Assembly: GCF_011386835.1 (NCBI RefSeq) | Contig: NC_088795.1 | Location: 16,802,001-16,866,000, forward strand | Reading direction: 5' to 3' | From: Chrysemys picta bellii | Lineage: Eukaryota | DNA length: 64,000 nt | Shown: in pieces, positions 63,899-64,000 of the stretch | How the letters are laid out: every line of letters begins with the position of its first letter | How positions within the stretch are numbered: position 1 is the stretch's first letter | Notes under the pieces: generated by a model | What the model saw: the letters and a program-made list of their open reading frames with translations, nothing else | Told to the model about the DNA's origin: nothing | The model's database searches: none | Program-made: the position numbers and the translations under genes

Positions 63899-63970
63899 CT
63901 CACAAATCTGTCTGTGAGTTGTTTTACAAAATCATAGATCTCAACCCAGTTCTGTGCTACACTCCCAGAT
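63899..63970 (-). CDS. ANTXR2: ANTXR2 exon 2 (72 nt): (K)SGSVAQNWVEIYDFVKQLTDRFV(S); MIDAS S-x-S
   Basis: Acceptor ttccttttcag, donor gtatgt, phase 2-2. Confidence 0.95.
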
Positions 63971-64000
63971 CTGAAAAGGAAAGACAACAAAACAGATGAG

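Larger units (their letters stand above)
17466..63970 (-). other. ANTXR2: ANTXR2/CMG2 gene body, partial (coding exons 2-10; window entirely intragenic)
   Basis: Nine exons splice in frame to [236 protein letters not shown], colinear with recalled human ANTXR2 residues about 52-288. Exon sizes 72/72/82/108/69/81/61/96/70 match the recalled ANTXR2 pattern. Confidence 0.96.

Noticed and set aside
17466-63970. Alternative assignment to ANTXR1 or ANTXRL
   Set aside because: The single 108-nt exon 5, SVAQNW, DGKLDG and [17 protein letters not shown] follow ANTXR2. As recalled, ANTXR1 splits this region into two exons and reads SVLHHW and DGELHE.
1-64000. CRISPR array, rRNA, NUMT or processed pseudogene
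   Set aside because: I saw no regularly spaced repeat-spacer array and no recognisable rRNA, mitochondrial or retrocopied mRNA sequence. The recurring palindromes are dispersed MITEs.

Overview
AT-rich vertebrate genomic DNA, very probably from a turtle: it carries tortoise-type tRNA-derived PolIII/SINEs, CR1 LINEs, Penelope-like ends and Harbinger-type MITEs. The whole window lies inside one minus-strand gene, ANTXR2 (CMG2, anthrax toxin receptor 2). I reconstructed nine consecutive coding exons (2-10 by human numbering) by hand. All have GT-AG boundaries and matching phases, and they join into one open frame covering the vWA/I-domain and most of the Ig-like domain. Exon 1 lies beyond the right edge and I found no exon 11 before the left edge. 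Almost all other ORFs in the supplied track are chance or repeat-derived. The introns hold many transposable elements. The most notable items are: (i) a full-length 2553-bp Chapaev3-type (CMC superfamily, RAG1/Transib-related) DNA transposon with TIRs, a TAA target duplication and a frameshift-free transposase broken by three stops; (ii) two Penelope-derived minimal hammerhead ribozyme motifs on the pre-mRNA strand, one on each side of exon 10; (iii) an LF-SINE-like element about 160 nt from exon 9. Family assignments and human comparisons come from recalled sequences, not database searches. I found no CRISPR array, rRNA or genuine tRNA gene.
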